Origin: Podarcis gaigeae
Taxonomy: Eukaryota
DNA: 64,000 bases
Direction: 5' to 3' (one strand)
NCBI GenBank assembly: GCA_964106915.2
Contig: OZ066921.1
The translations under genes were made by a program, and so were the position numbers. The notes under the pieces are model-generated. The model was given only the letters and a program-made list of their open reading frames with translations. It did not search any database and was not told where the DNA came from. Positions 37,356-49,669 of the stretch are shown here, in pieces (the stretch's first letter is position 1; each line of letters starts with the position of its first letter).

Positions 37356-40114
37356 TTGGGTGCTGCAACAAGGGCCTGAAGAGAAGTCAGTGAAAGGACT
37401 GGGGCTCCCAGTGTGGCACCTTCACTTGCTCCCCTGAAAGGCATATGAGGGCAAGCAAGGGCCTCAGGCTGGACTCTTCCACTGCTGAGTTAATGCCTGG
37501 CCCTCTTTTTGGCACAAGAGGGCGCCTGAGGATTGGGCGCTGGATGCAGCCCTGACTGGGCCTCAGTCCCTCCGAGAAGCTCCACCCTTTGCAACTGCAG
37601 CAGCAGCCTTCCCTTCCTGCAAAGGAAGATTTGGGGTGGGAAAGTCTCTGCCAGCGCTTTCTCCCCAACTTCCCAGTTCAAGACCTGGAAGGAGAAAGGA
37701 GCTTTTCTATTGGGGCTTCCCATCTTCTTTGAGCAGCTTCCCTGAGGGTCTCTGCACCCCCACCCCAAACGAATGAGAGATGGAGGGCTGTGCACCCAAC
37801 AAGTTGGCCCCAAACTTGTTTTGGGGTTGGCAAACTGCTTGTGCAACTTTGTGCCAAACTGAGGAATTGGGGACCTATTTTAGCATAATTGGAAATCCCT
37901 TTGTACAGGAGTGAAGATGATTGAGATGGAGCCAGCCCACAAAGGGTGGCTGTGGAGAGCTCTTCAGAGGTTGGGGGTAACCCTTGAGGACGCAGCATTG
38001 CCCCTTCCTCGCCACTTGCCATTGCTTCCCAGTGCCAGTGTCCCCCCCCCCCCCGAGTGCATGCTTTTCTCTCACAGCTCAGTAAGCCCAGCCCCACTCT
38101 CCTGCCCCCTGGATTTGGGGGACAAGGCAACTAGGCAAGGAGGCAGGGTTAAGTTCCAGCCCCATTTCCCTGTGGGACTGGGTGGACAGAAATGGGCTGT
38201 GCTGCTGGCACAGCTGCCCTTTGAGGTAATAGAAGTAGACTGAGGAGCACCCTCTAAACCCTGGTTGGACTAATGCCTACAAATTCTTCTCCCTCGACCC
38301 AAGTAGAAGTTGCACGTGATTGAACACATAAGAGTCTTGTGGAGGAAGCAGCCTCAGAAAGAGAGAGCAGCAGCAGGAGGAGGATACCGGTGAGAAGGGA
38401 AGGGAATGGCCAGATCTAGTAATTTGGGTTAAATTTGTTGGGAGAGCAGCAGCTTATAAATGAGGTAGGGGAGGGGACTGAATTTATGGGTGGGGGTCTC
38501 TGCAACACTTGGGCAGGACCTGCAAATAGCTGAGAAGCAGAAAGAATGAGAGGAGAGAATTTTCAGCCCATAGCATGTCTTCTGGGAGTCACCTGCCAGT
38601 GGTGGGCGGAGCCAGAGGCAAGAGTGGGCGGAGCAGCAGAGGTGACTCCTACTTTCTGCATTCTAGCCACACACCCATGCCTCTCCCTCTGTCCAAGCAA
38701 GCAGGAGGTATGATTACACAGCTCGTGGACACGTTCTAGCCAGGCAAAAGAAGTTGAGGAGGGTACTGAGCCAGGCAGATGAGGGCTGTGGCCTTGGGGA
38801 GAAGGGGTGTGCCCTGCAAAAGACTCCCAGCCACATTCAGACCCAGGTTTGAGGTTCTCCACCCCTGATAACAGAGAGTCAGCTGGTCTAAAGGGGTCCC
38901 CCATTTCGAGTCATTTCCTGGCACAGATCCACCCTTAAACTCCACAGGACACACAGGGGCTGTTTGCAGACCTGCCCATAAACACCAGAGCAGGAGATAT
39001 GGGAATGTGTGAAGGCCATGCGGTCTCTGGATTTACACCTTCAAGAGCTGGATCCTTGTAGCCAAAGAGAGCTGCAGTTTGTGCCCATGAAGGACTTGTT
39101 GTTCTGTCCTGGTAGGGATCGTGTCTCTTGTTCTCCCGCCTCTCAGCCTATTCTATTTCTTAAGGTTAAACCAACAGGCTCCTCAAATCTGCATATCTTT
39201 AAATAAATTAACATGCCAACTATTCCAGCTAGAATATTTAATCCTCCTTCCCTCCCATCCACATGGAATTTCAATACGCATTATTGTCGTTGTGTACTCC
39301 AGTGGCCATTTTTGTTTAAGGGACGGCACCTGCCTTCCCTTGCTTGTTCTACCTGAAGCAGGTTAGCCATCAAAATAATCCAGCCATCCCTGCTCTCGCT
39401 CCCTCTGTGTGGGTGGAAGGGGGGGAGCTCTGACCCGCCAGCCCCCTCTCAACCACTTCCTGTTGCTCAGCAGCGTTAATGGAAAACAGACCCCATCTTT
39501 GCCTCTCTGACTCTCTTCATTCCCAAGCAAGAGGACGGAGCAGGGGGGTCCTTCCGTGGCAGAGGGGCTCCATTTTTCCCTCCTGGCACCCCTGGTGCTC
39601 CCGCGTCCCTCTTCTCCGTGTGCCCGGTGAGTATGCCTTGGCGAGCAGCCTTCCCCCACCCCATCCCCTGTGTCTTCCCACCCAGGGATCCAGGCGACCC
39701 AGTTCTTTGCTCACTGGAGAAAGAGGAATGGCTTCTGTGTCTGGCTTGCAAGCTACTTAGCTTGAGGTTCTCCACCATGTTTCACAAGGAAGGTAGCGGA
39801 GAAATCTCCCCCCACTCCGATTCTGCTCTCTATGTGTTTGTTTGCTTGTATGTAGGGAGAGGAACCTATCTGGGCCTGTAGGCTCAGTGCAAGCATGCTC
39901 AAATTTGCGTCTTGGGCACAGACCTGAGTTGTCTCAGATGCTAGAATTCAGCCGGAGAACAAGCTAACTACCTTCCTCCTCTCCGGTCCTGCTTAACTTC
40001 TGCAACCCTTCTAACCCTTGGAATTAGGGAGCCATTGTTTTCAAATGTGTAGCAGTTGACAGTAGTTACTCAGCAATGTCCCTCTGCATGTGTTCAATGA
40101 CGCCATTGCTATTT

Positions 40115-40700
40115 CACAGAACCAGAGAGTTGGAAGAGACCTTGAAGCTCGTCCACTTGAAACCCCTGTTCGGTGCAAAGACACCCATTGCTTCAGCATC
40201 CCATCCAACCTCTGCTTAAAAACCTCTAACAAAGGAGAGTCCACCACCTTCTGAAACAGCCTGTTCCAAATACCTCACGTTATCAGGAAGTTCTTTCTAA
40301 TAAGGCGAAATCCTTTTTCCTGTGATTTGAATCTGTTGTTTCAGGAGTCCTACAGATTTGCCCCATCTCTGTGACAGCCCTTCAGATATTTGAAAGTAGT
40401 CATCATTGTATCTTGCTCAGGCTAAATATACTCAGCTGCTTCAACCTAAAGACCTAGGAAGAAAGGGGTCCTCTTGCCCCTCCCCGTGTTAGTTTCCTTG
40501 CTTGCCCACCCCAACCCCAACCTCTGGACACATTCCAATGTGTCAATAGCCTTTTTAAGCTCCAGTGCCCAGAAGTTAACACTGTTCTCCATATGAGGCC
40601 TGGTCACAACAGAATGGAACAGCACCGTTCCTTGTGATCTGGATGCTATCGTGCTGATGCAGCCTAGAATTTCACTAGCCTTTGTAGACACCCCATCTCA
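40115..40700 (-). mobile_element. CR1 LINE fragment
   Basis: Minus-strand peptides VDSPLLEVFKQRLD and VTRPHMENSVNFWA..KKAIDTLECVQR. Confidence 0.75.
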
Positions 40701-43700
40701 CTGCTGACTCAACAGTGGGGCTGCTGATGCCATGTGTCCCAGCGCTGAATGCTAGACTCTGTGTCAGCATCAAGCATCCTTGGGCAGCTTCCAGAATTGC
40801 AGTACCTTGGCATGGTCCACTGCTGATGCCTGCCCTGGACCTCCTATAATTTTGATGGGGTGGGGGAGCACTCTGAGCACGGCAATGGGGTCTATTTTAA
40901 ATTTCCCAACAATGCCCCTGGCCTAATGTTGCTTTGGGGTACTGTGTGAAATTTAAAAAGTACATAGATTTCACTGTCCAGCAGTCAGATAAGCCTATCA
41001 GAGGACATTGTTGCCCAAGGCAAACCTGAAGCTGGCTCTGATGAAGGCCTTGAGAAGGGGCTTCAGGTCCAAATCCACCCCTTTCTTCCACCTTGCCCTG
41101 CCTTTAAAGCCTGCTAGGGTCAAAGACATGAGATAAAGTCCACAGGGCACTAGGCTTCTTCAAAGCTCAGTGTTGCTTCCTGGGTTTGGGCCATGAAAGC
41201 TTTCTCCTGCCATCTTGGCAGCACATGGCTCAGCAATGAGGACTGGAGCATGATGGCAATGCCCATTCCTGTTAGCACATTCCCAGCAGGCCCAGGAATT
41301 GCTGCTGAAAAGTCCAGGCGACATTCTTGTTCATGGCTCTGGCTGGGGCCAAATGGACTTAGCTGCCCCAGTTGGGTGCTCTTCAGCAGTTGCAATAATG
41401 CATATATAGAGTGCTGCAGACTCCCCTAAGTAGTCGGGACTCGGTCTCAACCTAAGGATCCAGTTGAGAATATTGCAGAGATGAGAGAGTGAGCCAAGGG
41501 CACCCCAGGATGACCGTCAGCCAGTGGCCTTATTGCAAGAGCACACCCTTTGTCTTAGGACTCCGTTTCTCTTTCCACCTGTAACTGCTTCCTCCTCCAC
41601 CTCTCCAGCCTGCCAGCTGACTACGAAGATGCAGGACTTCCTTGCTCTTGTGCCTCCAACAGCACTGAGACCATTTGTCCTTTCACCTGCTAAAGTCTGC
41701 GGCCCAATGTGCTGTTACAAAGGCACAGTTACACTTTGCAGCTGAACAGTTGGCACCCTGAGTCACCCCCTTCACTGCTCTCTCCCTGCACTTCAAGCCT
41801 CTTGACTTTGCTTTAATCATTAACCAGATGTTTGAGCTGTGCGGAGACCAGGGAATGGGAGGGGGGCCCAGCTGGATGGTGGGAGCTTATAGGAACTGAG
41901 CTGCTGCATTGAGGGGAGGAGGGGAAGATTGTGGAAGAGGTTGCAAGGGTCAATCTAGGGCCACTTCACATTATTTTAGTGGCCCTAGTCTGGACTCATA
42001 ATGTGCCTATGGCAAGGTCCCCTCAAGGCTGGCAGCTTCAACCTCATCACCCCTCTTTGTGGTAGTGAAGTGTCAACTCTCACTCAAGCCTGGACACTTC
42101 ATTGACTTGCCTCCCTCCCTCCGCCCCCCCACAACAGATAAGCCAACCAGCCCTTTGTTGGACAGATACAGCCAGACATATCAGTACAGATTGGGAGAAG
42201 CCACTGAACTGGCTGGGGGAACAGCTCCAGTACTTGAGGCAGTGACTGCCCCCCCTCCGCCACCACCACAAACAAGAGAGGAGCCCCAGCACCCCCCATT
42301 TCCTGTGGCTGAATACTTGGCATCCCTCCTCCTGCTCCTTGCCAGAAGCCCCCCCCCCCACCGAAGGGGGTCTGTGTTTTCTATTGCTGGCCTGGCTTGA
42401 CTCATCTCTGCTGATGTGTCACATTTTTTGGATTTTTCTCTTCATCCTCCATCCATCCGGATATTTCTGGGAAAAACAGGATCTGGCTGCCCCTGTGTCC
42501 GCTGCCCCACTTGGGCTAAACTCAGCAGCCATCGCTCTCAGTCCCAGGAAAACTCCAGCTGCCAAACTTGCTGCAGCCAAGGAGACGGGACAGCTGCTTT
42601 TGAGCTCAGTGTTGTGAAGCGGCGAAAGAGAGAGGATGCTAGAGGAGGCCTGATCCTTCCTAGCCCCATTGCCACTGCTGGAGTTCTGAGGTTAGTGACT
42701 AAAAGGCTGAGGGACTTAAAGGCTGCAGTGCCCAGAGGTATGAGAGCACTTTCGTGTGCCAGGAAAACATGTGTGCCAAATCTGAACCAATGGCGGAGGG
42801 GAGCAGTCACTTTATATTTCTGGATCAGATGGCCGGATCCTTTTCCTTATCAGGCTGACCAGTATTTCTAATATATTTGGGGAGGTGGGAGTGGGCAGCC
42901 GCCCACATTCTTGGAAGGGTTCCTGCACTGAAAGTTTGGTTGTCTGAATGCAGTGTTTCTCCCTAAGACATGACACCTGGCGTTTGTCTTTTTGATAACA
43001 GGGTTTGCAAAACCTGCTGGAACTGGATGCTGCATTTGTGGCCTGTGTGCGGTTTTGACATTTTGGGAGAGAAGTCTTGGCAACAGCAGAAGAGGCTATT
43101 TTGACGTGCACCAAAAAAACCCTCCCTTGTGGGGTGTGCCAACCAGCATGGCCTCCTGGGACCAGTGCCTTGGCGTCACTGCTTGTTTTCTCTTCTGTGG
43201 GGCTGAGTTAAACTTAACATGCCACATCTAATGAGCACCCCTCCCATTGGAGGCATGCTGCCAGGGTGCCGTTTTGGGAGCTTAATCCAAGAACGGCTTA
43301 GCTTGGAGAAACAGGAACAGAGTTTCTCTGTGCCATGTGCAGAGAGAGACTTTCCCCTCTCAAACTAAGAAATTGCTGCTCTGGTATAGTTAAGCTTACT
43401 GACTAGTTTCCCATCCAGAAGGAGGCAGCCTTGGGGGCCCATCCAGCACCCCCCCCCCTTTTAAAAACCAAGCTCTGCTGATGAAGCCCGGGACCAAATC
43501 TGAGAGGGCCCAAAGGAGCTGTTTTCTGCCTCTGCTGGCAGGAGGGTGTTTCTCTTGCCCTGGCTGTGCAAACACACCCAGCGGGTCTTGATGCCAACCC
43601 AAGCCCAACCTTGGAGGCCTCCCTGGTGCAGAGAGAGAGGGTCCTTTGTGTGGACCTCTTTTGATCCTGACTTCCTTCCGTGGACTCTGGGCCCCTTCAA

Positions 43701-43779
43701 CCACCACGGCAGGTGGGCGGGCACAGGGACAGCTCCTTTCGCAAAGGATTTTGCAGTCCATTGGCCCTTGCAAGCCTCT

Positions 43780-44180
43780 CCTCCTTGCTGCCTGGCCCTC
43801 TGCTGCCCGGGGGCTGCTCCTCCCGGAACGCAGAGAAACAGGAGGCCTTCTCTTCTCCTCCCTCTGTGTGTCCCTGGGTGTGTGTGTGTCCGTCCGTGTG
43901 TCCAGCCCAGGCTTCCTGCTCCAGGGGAGGGGGCGGGTTCACTGTCCAAAGGGAGCCAGGCCGGTCCTGACATTTGTGCGCTTCCAGCTGCACGGAAGTG
44001 AGCGCCAGTTTCCATTAGCCGCTCAGTTCAGAGGCCAGTCTGCTGCTGCTCTGTAAAATCCCGCTCAAGCAGAGGGGGGGGGCTCCCTTTCTCCCCTCCT
44101 TCTCAGAGGCTCCTTTCTTCTGACAGGGACTGCAATGGAGGCAGAGCAGCAGCCTTGAATTCGGACAGACCCTGCGCTCG
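43780..44180 (+). promoter_or_regulatory. EVA1B: Candidate EVA1B promoter / non-coding first exon(s)
   Basis: Locally CpG-enriched; GC box GGGGCGGG near 43930; donors GAA|GTGAGC (43998) and TCG|GTAAGC (44181). Confidence 0.4.
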
Positions 44181-44699
44181 GTAAGCCTGGCACCCTTTCT
44201 CAATGTTGGTCTGATAGCTGGATTCTGTGACTGCTAATTGCATGAACCGCTTTGTAACGGTCCCATTCAAATCTGCTTTGAAGATAGCAAACTTTTCAGA
44301 AAGGAGAGCTGGAAGTTGCCCATCCACATCTATGCACTTGGATAGCAGACCAAGCACAGGGCCACAGGTTGCCTGACCCACAAACTTCCCTGCCAGGGTG
44401 ACATGTACTGTATTTCCATCGAAAGCACAGTAAATACTCGCAAGCTTTCGTGAATTAGTGCATCCAAATTTTGTTCAATTGCATCCTCTTTGCCCCTCTT
44501 TTGGTGTTGCATCTCATCCTTTTCGGGTGATGCCTGAGTGGGGATCCTGTCCCTGTGCCATTTGGGAAGGATGGGCTGATAGAAGGAGCTTTGTGGAAGG
44601 AGCTTCTCGGTGGAAATAGTGGGTGAACAAGTCTTGGGATTCCAGTCCGATTCTACTCTGGGCAACTGTTCCTTTAGAAGAAGTCGTGCTTGTTCCTAG

Positions 44700-44845
44700 A
44701 ATCAAAGAATTGTAGAGTTTGAAGGGACTCTAAGAGTTATCTAGTCCAACCCCTTGCAATGCGGGAATCACAGCTAAAGAATCTCTGGCAGATGGCCATC
44801 CAACCTCTGCTTTAAAACTTTCAGTGAAGGAGAGTCCACCTCTAG
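44700..44845 (-). mobile_element. CR1 3' end
   Basis: aatcaaagaattgtagagtttgaaggga..ctagtccaacccc..atggccatccaacctctgc. Confidence 0.65.
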
Positions 44846-46635
44846 GGACAGACCTGTTGGTTCTATCTCTGGCCTCTTCCTTGCATCCTTTACTGTAGTG
44901 GCATGAATAACCTACTCAGGTGTAGCTCCTGAACCTTCATGGCTCACTTTCAACAATGGATGGGGTAACTGCTCTTAATTTCACAAAGCAGACCTGACTA
45001 GCTATCACCTCTGCCCTTGGAGGGTCCTCTCTTATCCCAAATTGGGGGAGGGGGTTTGCTGTGGATGCACTAGCACTCTGCCCATGCTCAGAGACAGAAT
45101 TTATTATTAAATTCTAAGCCGAGTCTTGCTAACAACTTGTACCTCCAGTCAAGTCCCCCAGTGACATCTTAATATCCTGTTGTTACTGGGTGAGTTTCTA
45201 CATCTTTAACGCTCTGTGAAAAATCCCATTTCACGGAGCCTTTCCCAGTCCCTACTAACATTATGTCTTCAGCCAAAGCTGCAGTTCACCGTAACATATT
45301 CACAAAGTCTCCCTCCACCCCCCAAAAAAACACCCAAACTCCGCTTCCCTTTTTAAAAATTTGATGTTATATAGAACCCATAAACAGCCCAAGGGTTGAA
45401 ATGGAAAAATTAACTTTCTAGATTTGCTCTCACCCACCCCTCCCCCAAATAACAGGCAATGTTTCCTCAATGTGAGGGATGCGCTTTGTGCATGCTTTTG
45501 GTTATTCTTGCCTTTGTTATTAGCTAGCACATTCCCGGAGATGCGCTTAAAACAACATTGAGCACCAGGACTGTGCCTGAATCTGCATCTGTGTCTGGCT
45601 TCTGCTGGTTTCCCCCTCTCCCTGCCCCCTCCCTCGCTCCCCTGCATTCCTGCACTCTTGGCTTCCTGCTGCAACAGGCCAGGCATCATTGGGCAATTTG
45701 GTCAGCACAGGAGAGACTCCAACCAAACCAAGCCAGTTTCCATTTTAATTTCAGGCTCAACTGGAGGAGGAACTGCCTGGTCCCTCTTTGAAATTCATTC
45801 ACATGCCCCCCCCCCCCAAAAAAGGCATCTAGGAGAGTTCCCCAGAAAGTACCAGTGGGGGTGGGAGAGAATCTGAGGCACCTTCTAAATTGCTTTCCTT
45901 ACTCACAAAAGGTTCCTCTGCAATCATTTTCTTTCTTTTTTCTTTATTCTCCTCTGCTTGATATTTGAAAAAAATAGGACAAAGCTGGGTTTTGTTGGTG
46001 AGATTGGTTTCATAACATAAATCTCTATTTTTAAAATTATTCCATTATCTCAAATTATTTTGATCAGATTATGGAAGCATTTCTCTCTATGCTTATTAGC
46101 TAAAACAGCTGAAAAACAGGTCATGGGGGGACCCCTTTCCTACCCACACCCCAATATGTGTGTGTTGCACTCCAGTTAGTGATTGATGGCACAAGTCTGT
46201 TTTTCTGCGTTTTTTTTTTTTTTTTATCCTCTGTGCCCAAATGTCTCATTTTCATTTCCGAGTTTTACAAATATTTTTGCAAGTGGTTTTTAGACTCCCT
46301 TTCCCATTCCTTCCCTGCTGTACTGCCATGGGGGTTGGTCGAGGGGTGTGTGCGTATTTTCCAACATCACAGACAAATGAGAAGAGGCAATTCTTACCTT
46401 TGATGAAAGTTAGCAGCAACACCCCCTTGTTTCCTCCCTTAAAACTTTCTTGTTATCCCTGACTTATGTGGAAATACAGCCTGGTAGGAGCTGAACAGAC
46501 CCCTGATGCAGGACCTTTTCTGCATTCCTTGTAGAGATGAACAGTGGGAGGTAACAGGAGGAGGTGCTCTGCTTCCCAGCAGAAGTGACCAAACTCACAC
46601 CCCAGATCAACAAGGCAGTGGTAGTCACCAAGCTA

Positions 46636-46991
46636 AGGTAAAGGTAAAGGGACCCCTGACCATTAGGTCCAGTCGTGGCCGACTCTGGGGTTGCAGTGCT
46701 CATCTTGCTTTATTGGCCGAGGGAGCCGGCATATAGCTTCTGGGTCATGTGGCCAGCTTGACTAAGCCGCTTCTGGCAAACCAGAGCAGTGCACAGAAAC
46801 ACCGTTTACCTTCCCGCCAGGGTGGTACCTATTTATCTACTTGAACTTTGACATGCTTTAGAACTGCTAGGTTGGCAGGAGCAGGGACTGAGTAACGGGA
46901 GCTCACCCCGTCACGGGGATTCGAACCGCCGACCTTCTGATCAGCAAGTCCTAGGCTCAGTGGTTTAACCCACAGCACCACCTGCATCCCT
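46636..46991 (-). mobile_element. Full-length Sauria SINE inserted in a CR1 fragment
   Basis: 14-bp TSD TAGTCACCAAGCTA (46622-46635 and 46992-47005); CR1 sequence resumes at 47006-47255. Confidence 0.93.
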
Positions 46992-47841
46992 TAGTCACCA
47001 AGCTAGATGACTCTAAAAGCGGTTTAGACAAATTCATGGAGGAGAGGGCTATTGATGACTAACAACCATGATAGCTACTAGCCACGACTAGTCAGAGGCA
47101 GCAATGCTTCTGAATACCAGTTGCTGGAAACCACAGAAAAAATCCTGCTTGCTGTTTCCCCTTTAGGGCATCAGATTGGCCACTGTGAGAACAGGATGCT
47201 TGACTAGATGGGCCATGGGCCTCATCCCGCAGGCTGGTCTTATGTTGTTATGTTTGGGGCCCATAACTTTGCATGGTTTATCCTTAGCATGTTCAGAAGA
47301 GGAGGTAATTTTTTCCCCAAAAACAACCCCCTCTTTCTTCTCTGGCCTGCTGCCCAGCCCAGCTGCCTGGCTCGCATCAAAGGGTCGCTCAGAGCTTTAG
47401 GAAATCTTGGACTCATGAAAAGCTTGTGGGGTGAGGGGGGGGGAGTTCTGTTTGCAGATGAGGCTGGCATCTGCCTGGATGGCTCCTTTAAATGGGGGGC
47501 TGTGAGCTGCTCCTTGCTCAAGGGGGCATCCAATCCAGCATGTTGTCTTGAATGGGGGGTGCTTTCTACCTATTATTCAGCAGAATAAGTGGGGGCCAGG
47601 AATAATTATTTGCCCAAGGGCCTGTTTGAGGAGTCAGTGCTGTGGGTAGTAATATTGGTGAAAAATTGTGTTCGCATGCAGCTTGAGAATCTTCAAAGCT
47701 TTTGACTCAGATCTAGTTTGAACCTGAGAGTCTCAGATCCAACCTGTCCTTCTGTCCCCAAGACCTTTTTGCTCTGATTGCAGGTTTGATCCCCCTATGG
47801 GACAGCCACATATTCCTGCATTGCAAGAGGTTGGACTAGAT

Positions 47842-47970
47842 TAGTGTTTCCCAACCTTGGAGCTTCAGCTGTTTTTGGACTACAACTCCCATCATCCCTA
47901 GCTAGCAAGGTCAGGGATGCTGTGGATTGTAGTCTGAAAACATCTGGAGAACCAGGGTTGGGAAACACTG
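47842..47970. mobile_element. Palindromic hAT MITE
   Basis: TIRs (T)AGTGTTTCCCAACC / GGTTGGGAAACACTG; 8-bp TSD GACTAGAT; sits inside a CR1-like tail. Confidence 0.9.
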
Positions 47971-48869
47971 GACTAGATTATACTCAGGGTTCCTTGCAGC
48001 ATCTACAATTCTATGACTATCAGCTTCTTCCCCGGCCCTTGTTCTGTCCACCCTGGAGTCTGTCCTCTGGACCCTTTGCAACATCCTTTCAACCTGCCAG
48101 AAATAGCCTTGACCTGGAAGACTCCTGAGTGCGGCTGTTGTTGGGTGGGGGCAGAGGAAGAGGCAACATCCGGTCTCCAAACAACAAGCCATCTTCCCAC
48201 CACTGAGGATGCATCTTTTCCTGTGACAGTGGCAGGAAGTCCCCTGGGGGTGGGGGGGCTTAAGGGATGGGGGAAGAGAGGAAACATTTGCTGGGACTCT
48301 GTTCCCAGGGTCATGCACAAGCGTAAATTAAACATTGGGCCTTGGTGCATGACAAGGCAGTGTGAATAATGCATTGGGTTTGGGTATGGAGAAACCTGGG
48401 TTCAAACCCTGTTTGGGCATGAAACTCAAAGGCCTGGGTCATTGAGAGGATTAAATGCCACAGGAAATTCTTTGTATCCTTTGGCGCCCCTCTTTTCAGC
48501 TTGCAGAGTCACTGACAGATGCCTCCATCCAAGCTTGCCCGGGGTGTGGTGTGTGACGCATGTCAGAAGAGGCCCACTGGGAAGGATGACTGTCACAGGA
48601 CTTTGTAGCCTGAGAGGCTGTCCTGTCCAGCAACCCCATGACTGGCCTGGGGGCCTGAGGAAAGCAAGGCAGCTGTTTTGCTAATTAACGGGGGGGCAGT
48701 TGTTTGGCACAGTCAAGCCCCCAAGGTTTCTTTTATTTGGCAATTTAAAACTATCTCAGCTGTTTGCCCTTTAAGCTTAAGAGTTCTGGGGCTGTGCACC
48801 CCACAGTGTGAGCAAAACCGAGAGAGAGGAGTTCTCAGGAGTGCCACAATCAATTTATTAAAAGCCTGA

Positions 48870-49500
48870 CCCATTTTAGAGAAATTCCTTTGTTGGAGGC
48901 ATCTTAGTATACCTGAAACCCACATGCATTTAACTTGCGTGCATTCAGCTTTATGTGACCTGGTTCTAAGAAATGATTCACAGTGGGGGCAGTGTACCTT
49001 GTTTTTATCCCACATGTTACTGAGGTGCTCATTTGTAGTGGTCTTTGTGTTTGACCCACATACAGTTTCCTGCATGCACACCAAGTGGCATATACTACAT
49101 AAATGCTACTGCACATGGAGAAATGTTGGCTGGTATAAACTGTTGGATTTGTGAACATGTAAAATTTACTTGTATGATTACAGTGAATGCAGTGTCTGCA
49201 GGGATGGTGGCCAGAGAGCTTAGATATTCCCAAGATAATGGACTGTGGTGGATTTTACATTAGAGTCGCTGCGGACCAAGCAGTGCTTTAAGTTCCTTGT
49301 TCTTTTGTGATTAAAGGTTTGCTCTCTAAACATAGAATACTATCTTGAGATGCCAATGTTTGTGAATACGATTCTGAAGACCATTGGTGACACTGTCCGA
49401 TCTCAGACCACAAACAATTCTGTCCTTGCTCCTCAGCAGGGATATTGATAGAAGGTCCTCTGTGTTCCTTCTGAAGGCCCTTAGCCTGATGTCCTTTGCA
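48870..49500 (-). mobile_element. Penelope-like element remnant (GIY-YIG endonuclease)
   Basis: ORF 48904-49233 reads CRHCIHC..CSSIYVVYATWCACRKLYVGQTQRPL, the PLE GIY-YIG signature; frameshifted downstream. Confidence 0.75.
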
Positions 49501-49669
49501 GTTCTTCATGGACACCCTCTGTCATTTAGTCCTCTTTCCAGTCCAGGTGCCTCCTGTCTGAACGATGTCTGAACGAACCATGTCTCCTAATTCTAAGGAA
49601 TTGGGCAGGAGTAATATGCAAATAACGACCCCTCCTCCCTATCCTCCCAGGTGCCACTGAGGAGCCACC

